Below, in pieces: positions 27,657 to 37,230 of a stretch of DNA of 64,000 bases (positions are counted from its first letter, which is position 1; each line of letters starts with the position of its first letter). The stretch comes from Patescibacteria group bacterium (lineage in GTDB: Bacteria; Patescibacteriota; JAHJAL01). Where the stretch lies: NCBI GenBank assembly GCA_049322675.1, contig JBMORM010000025.1, positions 64,520 to 128,519 of the forward strand, given 5' to 3'. A program made the position numbers and the translations under genes. The notes beneath the pieces were generated by a model. It ran no database searches. It was given only the letters and a program-made list of their open reading frames with translations, and had not been told where the DNA came from.

Positions 27657-29627
27657 ATGGACAACATTTTATATAAAAATAGCTTACTGAATTTTCTGGT
27701 GATTGAGGGTAAATTGGATAAAGATCAGGCGGAGAGAATCTTGGATGAAGTAGAAAAAAGTAATCGCAGTATTGTTGATGCGATTTTGGCGAAAGCTTTG
27801 ATCGATGAAATATCTTTGCGGGACTTGTTGGCCAAGTATGCCAATTTGAAAGTTGGGGATGTGCCATATGGTTTATCTCTGAAAACCTATCAGTTTTTGA
27901 ATTTTTCCACTTCATATCGATATCGTATAGTAAGTTTTGATTTGGCTGAAGATGCGGTCAAAATTGCTTGCGACAATCCTTTGAATTTGGAAATGCAAGA
28001 AGTGATAGATTTTTTGAGTCGGGCCAGAAAGATAAAAATTGAATATTATGTGGTGACAAGATCAGAATTGATCCAGCTTTTGGCCAATTATCAAAAAATG
28101 ATGTTGGAAAGGGGATTAATAGATAAGTCGGAAATAGATATAATAAAGCAGAAATATGGTGAATTGGGTACAGATATTATTGAAGCGCCGGTTTTGAAAA
28201 ATGAAGTAAAAGAAGAGGTGATAGAACAAAAGAAGTCGGATGAAGATGAGAAAAAAATTGAGGATGCCGATTTGTTGGGTTTGGAGATAGAAGCAGAGGC
28301 GGAGGCTAGAGTTCAAGAGGTAGAAAAGGGTATGATGAGTGATGATGGCTATTCGGATGAACAGAAATCATGGTTAAAATTATTGCAGGACAAGGTCGAA
28401 TCGATCGATCAATTGAAAAAAATTATTAACTCTCGTGATATTCCTCGGATGGTGGCTAGTTTCGTTCATTATGCCATCATGATGGGAGCTTCGGATATTC
28501 ATATTGAACCGATGACTTCATCAATCAGGGTTCGTTATCGAGTGGATGGAGTTTTGCAGGAAATATTGGAATTGGATAAATCTCTTTTGCCGGCTTTGAT
28601 CTCGCGTATTAAAATTTTGGCTCTACTAAAGATAGATGAACATCGTATTCCTCAGGATGGTCAGTTTAGGGTTACTTTTGAAGGTCGGATGGTTGATTTG
28701 CGTATTTCTTCGTTGCCGACGGTTTATGGTGAAAAAGTGGTGATACGTATTTTGGATGTTTCATCGGGACGATTGACTTTGGATCAATTGGGTTTGCAAG
28801 GGATAAATAAGGATAAAGTATCAAAGAATATTTTGCGTAGCAACGGGATGATTTTGTCCACCGGTCCGACTGGAAGCGGAAAATCGACTTCATTGTTTTC
28901 GATATTGGGGATGGTGTCTTTACCCGGAGTCAATGTGGTTACTTTGGAAGATCCGGTTGAATATCACATTTCCGGAGTCAATCAAGTTCAGATTAGACCG
29001 GATATTGGATTTACTTTTGCTACTGGTTTGAGAAGTATATTGCGTCAAGATCCAAATGTGGTGATGGTGGGTGAAATCCGTGATTCAGAGACAGCCGAGT
29101 TGGCTGTCCATGCTTCTTTGACAGGTCACTTAGTATTGTCAACTTTGCATACCAACGATGCTCCTTCGGCGATTCCAAGATTGATTGATATGGGAATTGA
29201 ACCGTTTTTAATTAGTTCTTCTTTGGTGTTGGTGATGGCGCAAAGATTGGTACGAAAGGTATGTGATCATTGTCGATCCGAAATCGAGGTCCCGGCGGAG
29301 AAGGCCAATGAGATAATTGAATATTTGCATAATGTACCGAAAGAACATATAGAAAAATTGGGTCTGGATTTGGCTAAACCAAAATTTTATCGCGGGTTGG
29401 GTTGTACATATTGTCACAATAGTGGTTATAAAGGTAGGATGGGTGTTTTTGAAGTTTTGGAGATGACTGAGACATTACATGATCTGACAATTAAAAAATC
29501 ATCAGGTGTAGATATTTTTAATCAAGCGGTCAATGAAGGAATGATCACAATGAGACAGGACGCTTTTATGAAAGCATTGCAAGGGATTACGACGTTGGAT
29601 GAGGTTTATAGGGTAACGACAAAGTAA
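27657..29627 (+). CDS. pilB: Type IV pilus assembly ATPase PilB (GspE family)
   Basis: The Walker A box is GPTGSGKST. The tetracysteine motif is CDHC...CTYC. An N-terminal GSPII_E-N-like domain is present. The length is 656 aa. Confidence 0.9.
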   Translation: MDNILYKNSLLNFLVIEGKLDKDQAERILDEVEKSNRSIVDAILAKALIDEISLRDLLAKYANLKVGDVPYGLSLKTYQFLNFSTSYRYRIVSFDLAEDAVKIACDNPLNLEMQEVIDFLSRARKIKIEYYVVTRSELIQLLANYQKMMLERGLIDKSEIDIIKQKYGELGTDIIEAPVLKNEVKEEVIEQKKSDEDEKKIEDADLLGLEIEAEAEARVQEVEKGMMSDDGYSDEQKSWLKLLQDKVESIDQLKKIINSRDIPRMVASFVHYAIMMGASDIHIEPMTSSIRVRYRVDGVLQEILELDKSLLPALISRIKILALLKIDEHRIPQDGQFRVTFEGRMVDLRISSLPTVYGEKVVIRILDVSSGRLTLDQLGLQGINKDKVSKNILRSNGMILSTGPTGSGKSTSLFSILGMVSLPGVNVVTLEDPVEYHISGVNQVQIRPDIGFTFATGLRSILRQDPNVVMVGEIRDSETAELAVHASLTGHLVLSTLHTNDAPSAIPRLIDMGIEPFLISSSLVLVMAQRLVRKVCDHCRSEIEVPAEKANEIIEYLHNVPKEHIEKLGLDLAKPKFYRGLGCTYCHNSGYKGRMGVFEVLEMTETLHDLTIKKSSGVDIFNQAVNEGMITMRQDAFMKALQGITTLDEVYRVTTK

Positions 29628-29629
29628 AT

Positions 29630-29760
29630 TTCCAATTCTCAATTTCCAATTTCCAAACATATTTTGCATACGATATTCGGATAAAAAAATGATAATTTGG
29701 AAATTGATCATTGGAAATTTATTGGAAATTGAGAATTGAAAATTGGAAATTAATAATAAA
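29630..29760. repeat. Heptamer-based palindromic intergenic element
   Basis: It is near-identical to the 27108 copy (core ccaaacatattttgcatacgatattcggataaaaaaa; right arm ttggaaattgatcattggaaatttattggaaattgagaattgaaaattggaaatt). It lies immediately upstream of pilT. Confidence 0.85.
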
Positions 29761-29764
29761 AAAT

Positions 29765-30853
29765 ATGCTTACATCACAAAAATTTAATTCTGACGAAAGT
29801 TCTCTTTTAGAAGAGTTGTTGGATATTGCGATTAAAGAAAACGCATCCGATATCCATATTGTCGCGGACAATTATCCGGTGATTCGGGTAGATGGCGATT
29901 TGAAATATTTGGAAAAATATGACAAATTGTCTTCTTCTTCGACGGCGCAACTTTGTTATGCAATGATGGACGAGAGGCAACGCGAACGGTTGATTCAAGT
30001 ACGGGAAATTGATTTCTCGTTTCCTTATAAAGAATCATATCGTTTTCGAGCAAATATATTTTATCAAAAGGGAACCGTCTCTGCGGCTTTGCGTTTGATC
30101 AAGTCGATGGAACGCACTTTTGATGAATTGGGTTTGCCACCGATAGTTGAAAGATTTACCAAGTTGTCACATGGTTTGGTCTTGGTGACCGGGCCAACCG
30201 GACATGGAAAATCAACTACGTTGGCTTCTTTGATCAATACTATCAATAAAAATCGCCAAGATCATATTATTACCATTGAAGATCCGATTGAAAATATTTT
30301 CAACAGTCATCAAAGTTTGATTGTGCAAAGAGAAATTCCGCATGATTCGCATGATTTCGCTTCGGCTTTGCGAGCGGCCTTGCGTGAAGATCCGGATGTG
30401 GTTTTGATTGGTGAAATGCGTGATTTGGAAACTATTTCGGCAGCTTTGACGGTGGCGGAAACCGGGCATTTGGTGTTTGGTACTTTGCATACCAATGATG
30501 CTGCTCAGACGGCGGATCGTATTATTAACGTTTTTCCATCTCATCAACAACAGCAAGTGCGAACGATATTGGCCAATGTGTTTGAAGGTGTTTTGTCACA
30601 GAGATTACTCAAGAAAAAAGGTGGTGGTCGTATCGCGGCTTGCGAAATCATGACCGGAAGCATGGCAGTGCGATCTCTGATTCGTGAAGGCAAAGCTCAC
30701 CAGTTGCAAGGTGTTATTCAAACCAGCGCCGCCGATGGAATGATTACTTTGGACAAATCTTTGGCCGACTTGGTAAAACGGGGAATTGTTGATCTCGACG
30801 AAGCCTTGATGTGGGCGATTGATCAGGACAACCTTAAAACTATGATTGCATAG
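29765..30853 (+). CDS. pilT: Twitching-motility retraction ATPase PilT
   Basis: The protein reads MLTSQKF...DIHIVADNYPVIRVDGDL and has Walker A box GPTGHGKSTT. The ORF track starts at 29711, which reads through the heptamer repeat (WKLRIENWKL), so the true ATG is at 29765. Confidence 0.85.
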   Translation: MLTSQKFNSDESSLLEELLDIAIKENASDIHIVADNYPVIRVDGDLKYLEKYDKLSSSSTAQLCYAMMDERQRERLIQVREIDFSFPYKESYRFRANIFYQKGTVSAALRLIKSMERTFDELGLPPIVERFTKLSHGLVLVTGPTGHGKSTTLASLINTINKNRQDHIITIEDPIENIFNSHQSLIVQREIPHDSHDFASALRAALREDPDVVLIGEMRDLETISAALTVAETGHLVFGTLHTNDAAQTADRIINVFPSHQQQQVRTILANVFEGVLSQRLLKKKGGGRIAACEIMTGSMAVRSLIREGKAHQLQGVIQTSAADGMITLDKSLADLVKRGIVDLDEALMWAIDQDNLKTMIA

Positions 30854-30962
30854 GGAAAAATTTCCAATTTTCAATTTCCAGTTTTCAAACATATTTTGAA
30901 TTCGATATTTGGAAATTGGACATTGAAAATTTATTGGAAATTGAGAATTGGAAATTATAATG
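30853..30962. repeat. Heptamer-based palindromic intergenic element
   Basis: The sequence is tttccaattttcaatttccagttttcaaacatattttgaattcgatatttggaaattggacattgaaaatttattggaaattgagaattggaaatt. It lies upstream of pilC. Confidence 0.85.
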
Positions 30963-30999
30963 AATTAAATAGAAAAATAAAAATAATATTGAAAACTGT

Positions 31000-32202
31000 A
31001 TGAGCGAATATTTATTTGAAGCGAAAACATTGAGTGGGGAAAAAGTAGCTGGCATGCTGGAAGCCGATAGCATGAAGGATGCTTTGGAAATGCTCAAGCA
31101 ACAAAACTATACTCCGATGGCTTTGGAAAAGAAAAGAGCCATGTGGGATTCTATTACCAATATTTTGAATCGGGTTTCGGTATCGGATTTGGCTGTTTTT
31201 GCTCGACAGTTGGCGATTATGGTTGAAGCTGGTTTTCCTTTGATTCAGGCGATCAAGACGTCCGTCAATCAGACTCGAAATGAAAAATTGAGAGAGACTT
31301 TGGCTTTGATGGCGGTTGATTTGGAATCTGGTTTGAGTTTGTCGATGTCCACCGCCAAACATCCGGAAATTTTTTCCCGATTTGTGGTCAATATGATTCG
31401 TTCTGGTGAGGAAACCGGTCAGTTGAATAAGGTTTTGCGAGAAGTGGCAGAGGAATTGGAAAAACAAAAAGGCTATCAATCGAAAATCAATAGTGTTTTG
31501 ATGTATCCGATATTTGTTTTGGTGATGATGGTGGCGGCAATGATTGTGGTGATGGTGTATGTTATTCCCCAGTTAAAATCTTTGTTTGAAGATTTGGGAG
31601 CGGAGTTGCCGATTGCTACCAAAATTTTAATATGGACAAGTGATTTTGCCGTTAACTATTGGTATATCGTAGTGATTATTACTGCTTTGGTAGTGGCTGC
31701 GATTGTCAGTTTCTTGCGTTCGGATTATGGTCGGGAATGGAAAGATAAATATATACTCAAAGTTCCGGTGGTTGGCAAATTGGTTTTGATGTCGTCGATG
31801 ATGAGATTTTCTCGGACTTTTGGAATGTTGGTGGAAGGTGGAATCGCTATTTTGGATGCGATTGAGATTACCGCTGGAGTTATGGAAAATTCAAATTTTA
31901 AAAAAGCGATAAGAGGATGTTCAGTTTATGTTGAAAAAGGTATTCCTTTTTCCAGTCCGTTAAAAAGAAATAACATATTTCCGATTGTGGTTGGTCAGAT
32001 GGTAGCTATCGGCGAACAATCCGGTCAATTGGCCAAGGCGATGGATAACTTGTCAAAATATTTTGAAGAAGAAACTGATACGATGATAAAGGGTGTGTTT
32101 TCATTGTTTGAACCGTTGATGTTGGTAATAGTTGGTTTGGGCGTTGGTGGTTTGGTGTTTGCTGTCTTGCTGCCAGTGTTTCAGGCGTCGCAAGTACTAT
32201 AA
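31000..32202 (+). CDS. pilC: Type IV pilus inner-membrane platform protein PilC (GspF family)
   Basis: The protein is 400 aa with two GspF repeats and three TM segments (for example, MYPIFVLVMMVAAMIVVMVYVIP). Confidence 0.85.
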   Translation: MSEYLFEAKTLSGEKVAGMLEADSMKDALEMLKQQNYTPMALEKKRAMWDSITNILNRVSVSDLAVFARQLAIMVEAGFPLIQAIKTSVNQTRNEKLRETLALMAVDLESGLSLSMSTAKHPEIFSRFVVNMIRSGEETGQLNKVLREVAEELEKQKGYQSKINSVLMYPIFVLVMMVAAMIVVMVYVIPQLKSLFEDLGAELPIATKILIWTSDFAVNYWYIVVIITALVVAAIVSFLRSDYGREWKDKYILKVPVVGKLVLMSSMMRFSRTFGMLVEGGIAILDAIEITAGVMENSNFKKAIRGCSVYVEKGIPFSSPLKRNNIFPIVVGQMVAIGEQSGQLAKAMDNLSKYFEEETDTMIKGVFSLFEPLMLVIVGLGVGGLVFAVLLPVFQASQVL

Positions 32203-32242
32203 AACAGGAAATTGGAAATTATTAACATTCGTTTATAACTCT

Positions 32243-32310
32243 TACGCGGAGTCGAGCGTAAATTATAATAAAAAGTTTAGAAAATAAAAAAATAGTTAAT
32301 CTAAGGAGAG
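32243..32310 (+). promoter_or_regulatory. pilA leader: inverted repeat TTACGC-N8-GCGTAA, TATAAT -10 box and strong AAGGAGAG Shine-Dalgarno
   Basis: The sequence is cTTACGCggagtcgaGCGTAAatTATAATaaaaag...ctAAGGAGAGcaaaaATG. The strong SD is unusual here, because most genes in the window lack one. Confidence 0.45.
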
Positions 32311-32315
32311 CAAAA

Positions 32316-32756
32316 ATGCGTAAAATTTCTTTTGAGCGCTCAAAAGGTTTTACCCTTGTCGAGTTGATGGTTGTAATTGCCATTATTGGTATTTTGGCCG
32401 TCGCCGCATTGGGTATCGTCCGTGGAGCTCAACAAAAAGCTGTTAATGCAGCTGTTCAAGCTTCAGCTTCAAATTTGTCAACTGCCGTTGAAACATATTA
32501 TACACAAGAAGGACATTATCCTTCTACTGCTGGTTTGATGACGGAGTTGGTTGATACTGCTAAAGTAATTAATCGTCCTATCACTTTGCCAACACAGTGC
32601 AATGATGGTGATATTCAGACAGCTGCTTTGACTGCAACCGATACAGGAGTTTGCGGTATTCAGTATACTCAAGGATCAACAAGTCAATCTTATACCATTA
32701 ATGTTAAATTATTGGGTAAGGGTGCTTTGGAAGAACCTATTACCGGTGGTCAGTAA
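32316..32756 (+). CDS. pilA: Type IV major pilin (class III signal peptide)
   Basis: The N-terminus is MRKISFERSKG|FTLVELMVVIAIIGILAVAAL, the canonical prepilin cleavage site with Glu at +5. The length is 146 aa. Confidence 0.85.
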   Translation: MRKISFERSKGFTLVELMVVIAIIGILAVAALGIVRGAQQKAVNAAVQASASNLSTAVETYYTQEGHYPSTAGLMTELVDTAKVINRPITLPTQCNDGDIQTAALTATDTGVCGIQYTQGSTSQSYTINVKLLGKGALEEPITGGQ

Positions 32757-32842
32757 TTAATTAGCATTTCACGGAGATTCAGGATTTTTCCTGGATCTTC
32801 GGAAAATACTAATTAATATATTTTAATACAATAAGTGATGTC

Positions 32843-32895
32843 ATTCTGGAGCCGGAAGCGTACTCGCATTCCGACATCCAGAATCCAGGATTTTA
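32843..32895. repeat. Hairpin repeat (GTCATTCTGGAGCCGGAAGCGTACTCGCATTCCGACATCCAGAATCCAGGA), copy 1
   Basis: It recurs at about 33837-33889 and 37231-37285. It folds into an imperfect hairpin of about 50 nt. Confidence 0.55.
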
Positions 32896-33048
32896 ATTTC
32901 CAATTTTCAATTCTCAATTTTCAACAAATTCTCAATTTCCAATTTCCAAACAAATACAGGCAACAATTATTATGAATTTGAGTTCGTTTGAAAATTGGTC
33001 ATTGGACATTTTTTGGAAATTGGAAACTGGAAATTGAAAATTGAATAT
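32893..33048. repeat. Heptamer-based palindromic intergenic element (ccaaacaaata...gcaacaattatta subfamily)
   Basis: It shares the core ccaaacaaatacaggcaacaattattatgaatttgagttcgtttgaaaattggtcattgg with the 37270-37440 copy. It lies upstream of pilD. Confidence 0.8.
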
Positions 33049-33050
33049 TT

Positions 33051-33806
33051 ATGAATATCATAATCTTCACAATCGGCTTACTCTTCGGTAGCTTTTTGAA
33101 TAGCTTTATCTGGCGCTATCGGAAGAATGTTTTGGAGACTATCTGGAGTGGGCGTTCGATTTGTCCGGCTTGTGGTCATGCTTTGTCTCCCAATGATTTG
33201 GTGCCTTTATTTAGTTTTCTGGTGTTGGGTGGCAAGTGCCGGTATTGTAAAAGTCCGATCAGTTGGCAGTATCCGATGGTAGAATTGTTTTTTGGTCTTT
33301 TGTCATTTTTGATTTTTTGGAAATTTGGCTTGGAATTTTCATTTATTTTTTATCTAATCATTGGTTTTTTACTGACAGCGTTGATGGTGATTGATATTTT
33401 GGATGGTATCTTGCCCAATGGTCTTATTGTGATTACGATTTTTGTCTGGTTGCTATATATGATATTTACCAAAGCCAATGTCTATGATTGGACCAATGTG
33501 GTTTTTGCAGCTTTGATCGGTTTTGGTTTCTTTTTGTCAATCTGGTTGATTACGTTGGGAAAAGGCATGGGAGTAGGGGATATCAAGTTGGCGTTGCTGC
33601 TTGGTTTATTGGCGGGAATCCCCAATATCTACTATATTATTTTCTTTGCATTTATCCTGGGCGCTCTATATGTTTTGCCATTGCTTTTACTCGGGAAATC
33701 GAAATGGAAAAACCCAATTGCCTTCGGACCGTTCCTTATTCTTTCTTACTTTTTGATGCTGTTCATGGGAAATGAGATTCAATTGGTGTTTTTGAGAATG
33801 TTTTAA
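33051..33806 (+). CDS. pilD: Prepilin peptidase (A24 family) PilD
   Basis: The N-terminal zinc module is CPACGHAL...CRYCKS. It has eight TM segments. The catalytic aspartates are in GVGDIKLALL. Confidence 0.85.
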   Translation: MNIIIFTIGLLFGSFLNSFIWRYRKNVLETIWSGRSICPACGHALSPNDLVPLFSFLVLGGKCRYCKSPISWQYPMVELFFGLLSFLIFWKFGLEFSFIFYLIIGFLLTALMVIDILDGILPNGLIVITIFVWLLYMIFTKANVYDWTNVVFAALIGFGFFLSIWLITLGKGMGVGDIKLALLLGLLAGIPNIYYIIFFAFILGALYVLPLLLLGKSKWKNPIAFGPFLILSYFLMLFMGNEIQLVFLRMF

Positions 33807-33836
33807 ATTAATTTTTAATTTCTAAACAATAATAGA

Positions 33837-33961
33837 TGTCATTCTGGAGCCGAAAGCGTAATCGCGTTTCGACATCCAGAATCCAGAAAGAAAAAATTTA
33901 ATAAATTAAGGAAATGGATCCTGGATATTGGAGCGGATTACCTTCCAGTTCCAGGATGACA
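33837..33961. repeat. MITE-like element with terminal inverted repeats TGTCATTCTGGA...TCCAGGATGACA (hairpin repeat copy 2 plus the GGATCCTGGATATTGGAGCGGATTACCTTCCAGTTCCAGGATGACA half-element)
   Basis: The two ends are reverse complements of each other. The right half recurs at 35650-35700. The left half recurs at 32843-32895 and 37231-37285. Confidence 0.5.
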
Positions 33962-34003
33962 CAGATTAGTATGTTTAAAAATTAAAAATTAAAAATTAAA
34001 AAT

Positions 34004-35623
34004 TTGAGTACAGATATGTTTTCCAAAATAAACACAAAAGTAAAAAAAATGTTTAAAGACTTGTATCGGTCTTCTTCCGGTATGACTTTGATTGAGATTC
34101 TTGTCGCTTGCGCTATTATCGTGATCTTGATGGGTGTGACGATGATTTCGTTGCCACGTTATCGTGATAGTCAGACTTTGGAACAGTTTTCCAAGGATGT
34201 CAATGATAGTCTGCGTCAGGCTCAGACGTGGGCTTTATCCCCCAATGTGCCCAAGGCGGAATATTATGTATGGGATATCAAGACGGGGGCGGCGGACGAT
34301 GATCAATGTCCAAATCGACAATATATCGGAGTGATGGCGGATGTGGAAGATGCATATGAAAAGAAGACTTGTTTGGATGATAAAGTAAATTTAAAGGCGG
34401 AAAATATTGGTCCGTTGTATTTTGAGGTCAAGACCGGAAAAATTTTCAATGATGAAGCTTTGACCACTCCGGCCAATGGAAAATTGACCATGGAGCATGA
34501 TAATCATCCCGGTGATTTAGGTTTGTATTATGAAATCAATGTGGCGGCGGATACATTTTCTTTGGGAAAAGAAGTAGTGAGCGGGGATCAAGGTGGTTTG
34601 ACCTTGGCTTGCGGCAATGGTGAGTGCGAGGCGGAAAAAGGTGAAAAATGCGGAACTTGCGGTGACTGTGAATGTCTTTGTCCAAATGACGGTTTGCAAT
34701 ATTGTAGTCAGCAAAGTTGTCCATCGGCCAATTGGTATGATGGTTCTTGTCACGAATTGGCAAAACCAAGCGCGACTTGCGGTGATGGCGATCGTCAACC
34801 GGGTGAGGTCTGTGATGATGGAAATGTGTCTGGTGGTGATTATTGTTCAGCGGATTGCCAGGAGGTAACAGGAGTTTGTGGCGATGGTCAAAAACAAGGA
34901 AGCGAAAGATGTGACGATGGGGCAAACAATGGAAAATATGGTTATTGTAATGCCAATTGTTCAGCCCAGATAAAATGTGGCGACGGGACTGTACAAACTT
35001 CAAATGAGTCTTGTGATGATGGCTCAGCCAATGGCACTTATGGAAAATGCAATACTTCTTGCAGCGCGGTTTTGCGTTGTGGAGATCAAATAATTACTTC
35101 CCCCGAGGTTTGCGATGATGGAGATTTAAACGGAACCAATGGGAAATGTAATCGAGAATGTAGCGGTATTTTGCGTTGCGGAGACGGAGTAGTGACTAGT
35201 CCTGAAGCTTGTGACGATGGTCAGGCCAACGGTCAATACAATAAATGTAATAGTGATTGTACAGCGGTTTTGAAATGTGGTGATGGAATACCTCAGACTC
35301 AGTTTGGTGAAGTGTGCGATAGCGGCACAGCCAATGGAACAGCGATTGGAAAGTGTAATACTCAGTGTACCGGATTGTTGCGTTGCGGAGATAGAATTGT
35401 AACTGCACCCGAAGTCTGTGACGAAGGAAATCTCAATGGTACCTCAGGACATTGCAATACTAGCTGTTCGGCAATAATAACATTGCGTGATGGTAGTCAG
35501 TGTTCGGCTAGCAATCAGTGTCAAAGTGGTTTGTGCGCCGCGTGGTATGGTTCAAGTAATTTTACTTGTGTGAATTCTTTTTATAGAAATTATTGCGGTT
35601 ATTCGTTTATTACTTGTAAATAA
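34004..35623 (+). CDS. Prepilin-like protein fused to a Cys-rich CGDG/CDDG repeat domain, a candidate pilus-associated adhesin
   Basis: The internal ATG near 34049 gives the leader MFKDLYRSSSG|MTLIEILVACAIIVIL, a class III signal. At least eight tandem modules of about 35 aa follow, of the type CGDG.....CDDG..NG.YG.CN..C. The C-terminus is a Cys-knot-like tail. Confidence 0.6.
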   Translation: MSTDMFSKINTKVKKMFKDLYRSSSGMTLIEILVACAIIVILMGVTMISLPRYRDSQTLEQFSKDVNDSLRQAQTWALSPNVPKAEYYVWDIKTGAADDDQCPNRQYIGVMADVEDAYEKKTCLDDKVNLKAENIGPLYFEVKTGKIFNDEALTTPANGKLTMEHDNHPGDLGLYYEINVAADTFSLGKEVVSGDQGGLTLACGNGECEAEKGEKCGTCGDCECLCPNDGLQYCSQQSCPSANWYDGSCHELAKPSATCGDGDRQPGEVCDDGNVSGGDYCSADCQEVTGVCGDGQKQGSERCDDGANNGKYGYCNANCSAQIKCGDGTVQTSNESCDDGSANGTYGKCNTSCSAVLRCGDQIITSPEVCDDGDLNGTNGKCNRECSGILRCGDGVVTSPEACDDGQANGQYNKCNSDCTAVLKCGDGIPQTQFGEVCDSGTANGTAIGKCNTQCTGLLRCGDRIVTAPEVCDEGNLNGTSGHCNTSCSAIITLRDGSQCSASNQCQSGLCAAWYGSSNFTCVNSFYRNYCGYSFITCK

Positions 35624-35649
35624 AAAAATGGATAGTCGAAAATTTGGAA

Positions 35650-35700
35650 AGTGGATCCTGGATATTTGAACGGATTACCTTCCTAGTTCTAAGGATGACA
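35650..35700. repeat. Half-element repeat GGATCCTGGATATTTGAACGGATTACCTTCCTAGTTCTAAGGATGACAG (copy of 33916-33961)
   Basis: It is about 85% identical to the right half of the 33837-33961 element. Confidence 0.5.
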
Positions 35701-35845
35701 GAAAGGAAATTTCCAATTTTCAATTCTCAATTTCCAAACATATTTTGTAATCGATATTAGTAAAAAAAATAATTGAAAATTGTATCATTGGAAATTGGAA
35801 ATTTAATGAAAATTGAAAATTGGAAATTGAAAATTAAAGAATAAA
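35700..35845. repeat. Heptamer-based palindromic intergenic element
   Basis: The left arm and core read tttccaattttcaattctcaatttccaaacatattttgtaatcgatatt. The right arm is ggaaattggaaatttaatgaaaattgaaaattggaaattgaaaatt. Confidence 0.8.
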
Positions 35846-35846
35846 A

Positions 35847-36416
35847 ATGCAATACAAACATCAAAATAAAAAAAATCTTAACTCGCAACGAGGCTTTGGA
35901 CTCATCGAGGTCATCGTCGGTATTGCCATGTTGCTGATCACGGCCACGGCCGCATTATCGATTGCGCATTTTACGACCAAAGCGGAACGATACAATGAAA
36001 AACGTATTGTCGCTTACAATCTGGCACAGCAGGTAGTGGAAGAAGTTCGTCGTCAACGTGATAGTGCGTGGGATGATTTCAAATCCGATACCAGATGGGA
36101 GAGTACGACCGGCGAGATCGTAGTGGACAATTTAAATAATTTTTACTTGAATGGTTCGACGGGTGATGGGTGCGTGAGTGGTGGAACAGGAATGATTGAT
36201 TGCACGATTGGCGGAAGTGATTTTGATATCGAAGTCCAAACTGAAGCTTTGGGCGACGTGATCAGCAAATTGCACGGGCATGATATAGACGGAACCGACG
36301 ATATGGCCGACTCAGTGGCGCGACGTGTTTACGTCGATGTCACTTGGACAGACGCGGGAACAGATAGAAATTTGACAATAGTGACATTGCTGACAGACTG
36401 GAAGCCGATGATATAA
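35847..36416 (+). CDS. Minor pilin / pseudopilin (class III signal)
   Basis: The N-terminal signal is QRG|FGLIEVIVGIAMLLITATAAL. The length is 189 aa. Confidence 0.65.
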   Translation: MQYKHQNKKNLNSQRGFGLIEVIVGIAMLLITATAALSIAHFTTKAERYNEKRIVAYNLAQQVVEEVRRQRDSAWDDFKSDTRWESTTGEIVVDNLNNFYLNGSTGDGCVSGGTGMIDCTIGGSDFDIEVQTEALGDVISKLHGHDIDGTDDMADSVARRVYVDVTWTDAGTDRNLTIVTLLTDWKPMI

Positions 36417-36424
36417 TACGGCGA

Positions 36425-36585
36425 GAAATTTTCAATTTTCAATTCTCAATTTCCAAACGATATTTTGTTAGGATATTAGAAAGAAAAAAATATCAAAAAA
36501 AAGTTGAAAATTGTATTTGTTTGAAAATTGGTCATTGGAAATTTATTGGAAATTGGAAACTGGAAATTGGAAATTTAAAAAAAGT
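36425..36585. repeat. Heptamer-based palindromic intergenic element
   Basis: The left arm and core read ttttcaattttcaattctcaatttccaaacgatattttgttaggatatt. The right arm is ttgaaaattggtcattggaaatttattggaaattggaaactggaaattggaaattt. Confidence 0.8.
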
Positions 36586-36587
36586 AT

Positions 36588-37226
36588 ATGCAAAATAAAA
36601 ATATGAAAAATAATGAAATGTGGATTGACAATAAAGGTTTCACCCTAGTTGAAGTATTGGTCGCTATGACCGTCTTTATCATCGCGTCGATCATGTTTAT
36701 GTCCACTTTTAATCTGGTGAGCCAGACTACGATGCGGGTGGAGAGTTCGCGGTTGGCGCAACAGGATGCACGTTATGCGATTGAACAGATTTCGCGGGAA
36801 ATTCGCAATGGTTGGGATTTTGAAGTGCGTAATCCGACCGGAGCTCAAGAAGGGAAGGCTTTGTTTTACGCCACCAGTGATACAAATGGCAACGAACAAC
36901 ATTATCTGATATCCGAGCAATATTTGGAAAATGATACTCGCACGATTGTGCGACAACTTGTTGATTCAAACGGAAATCCAACTGGCGGCAGTACGCCTTT
37001 GCCAATGCTTTCCACGGTAGTCGGTTTGACCGACAAAACCGAAGGCGCGGACGATGGCGGCCTACGTTTTCGCCTGATCGAACCCGCCAGCGAATACCCG
37101 GCAGTGGAAATCGAAATGACCGTCCAAAGGGAAAACGCGGAAAGATTTTCCAAACCGTTGTCAGTCATTACACGGGTTACGAGTAGGATGAGGGGGGAGG
37201 AATTAAAAAGTCGGAATGAAGGTTAA
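36588..37226 (+). CDS. Minor pilin, PilW/PulJ-like
   Basis: The N-terminal signal is NKG|FTLVEVLVAMTVFIIASIMF. The length is 212 aa. Confidence 0.65.
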   Translation: MQNKNMKNNEMWIDNKGFTLVEVLVAMTVFIIASIMFMSTFNLVSQTTMRVESSRLAQQDARYAIEQISREIRNGWDFEVRNPTGAQEGKALFYATSDTNGNEQHYLISEQYLENDTRTIVRQLVDSNGNPTGGSTPLPMLSTVVGLTDKTEGADDGGLRFRLIEPASEYPAVEIEMTVQRENAERFSKPLSVITRVTSRMRGEELKSRNEG

Positions 37227-37230
37227 AACA

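Noticed and set aside
34303-35408. His-rich minus-strand ORF (34536-35003) and other antisense ORFs inside the Cys-rich pilin-like gene
   Set aside because: They are the complement of the TGY/GAY-rich Cys/Asp repeat codons. The repetitive composition produces long antisense frames. The plus-strand protein has the coherent domain structure.
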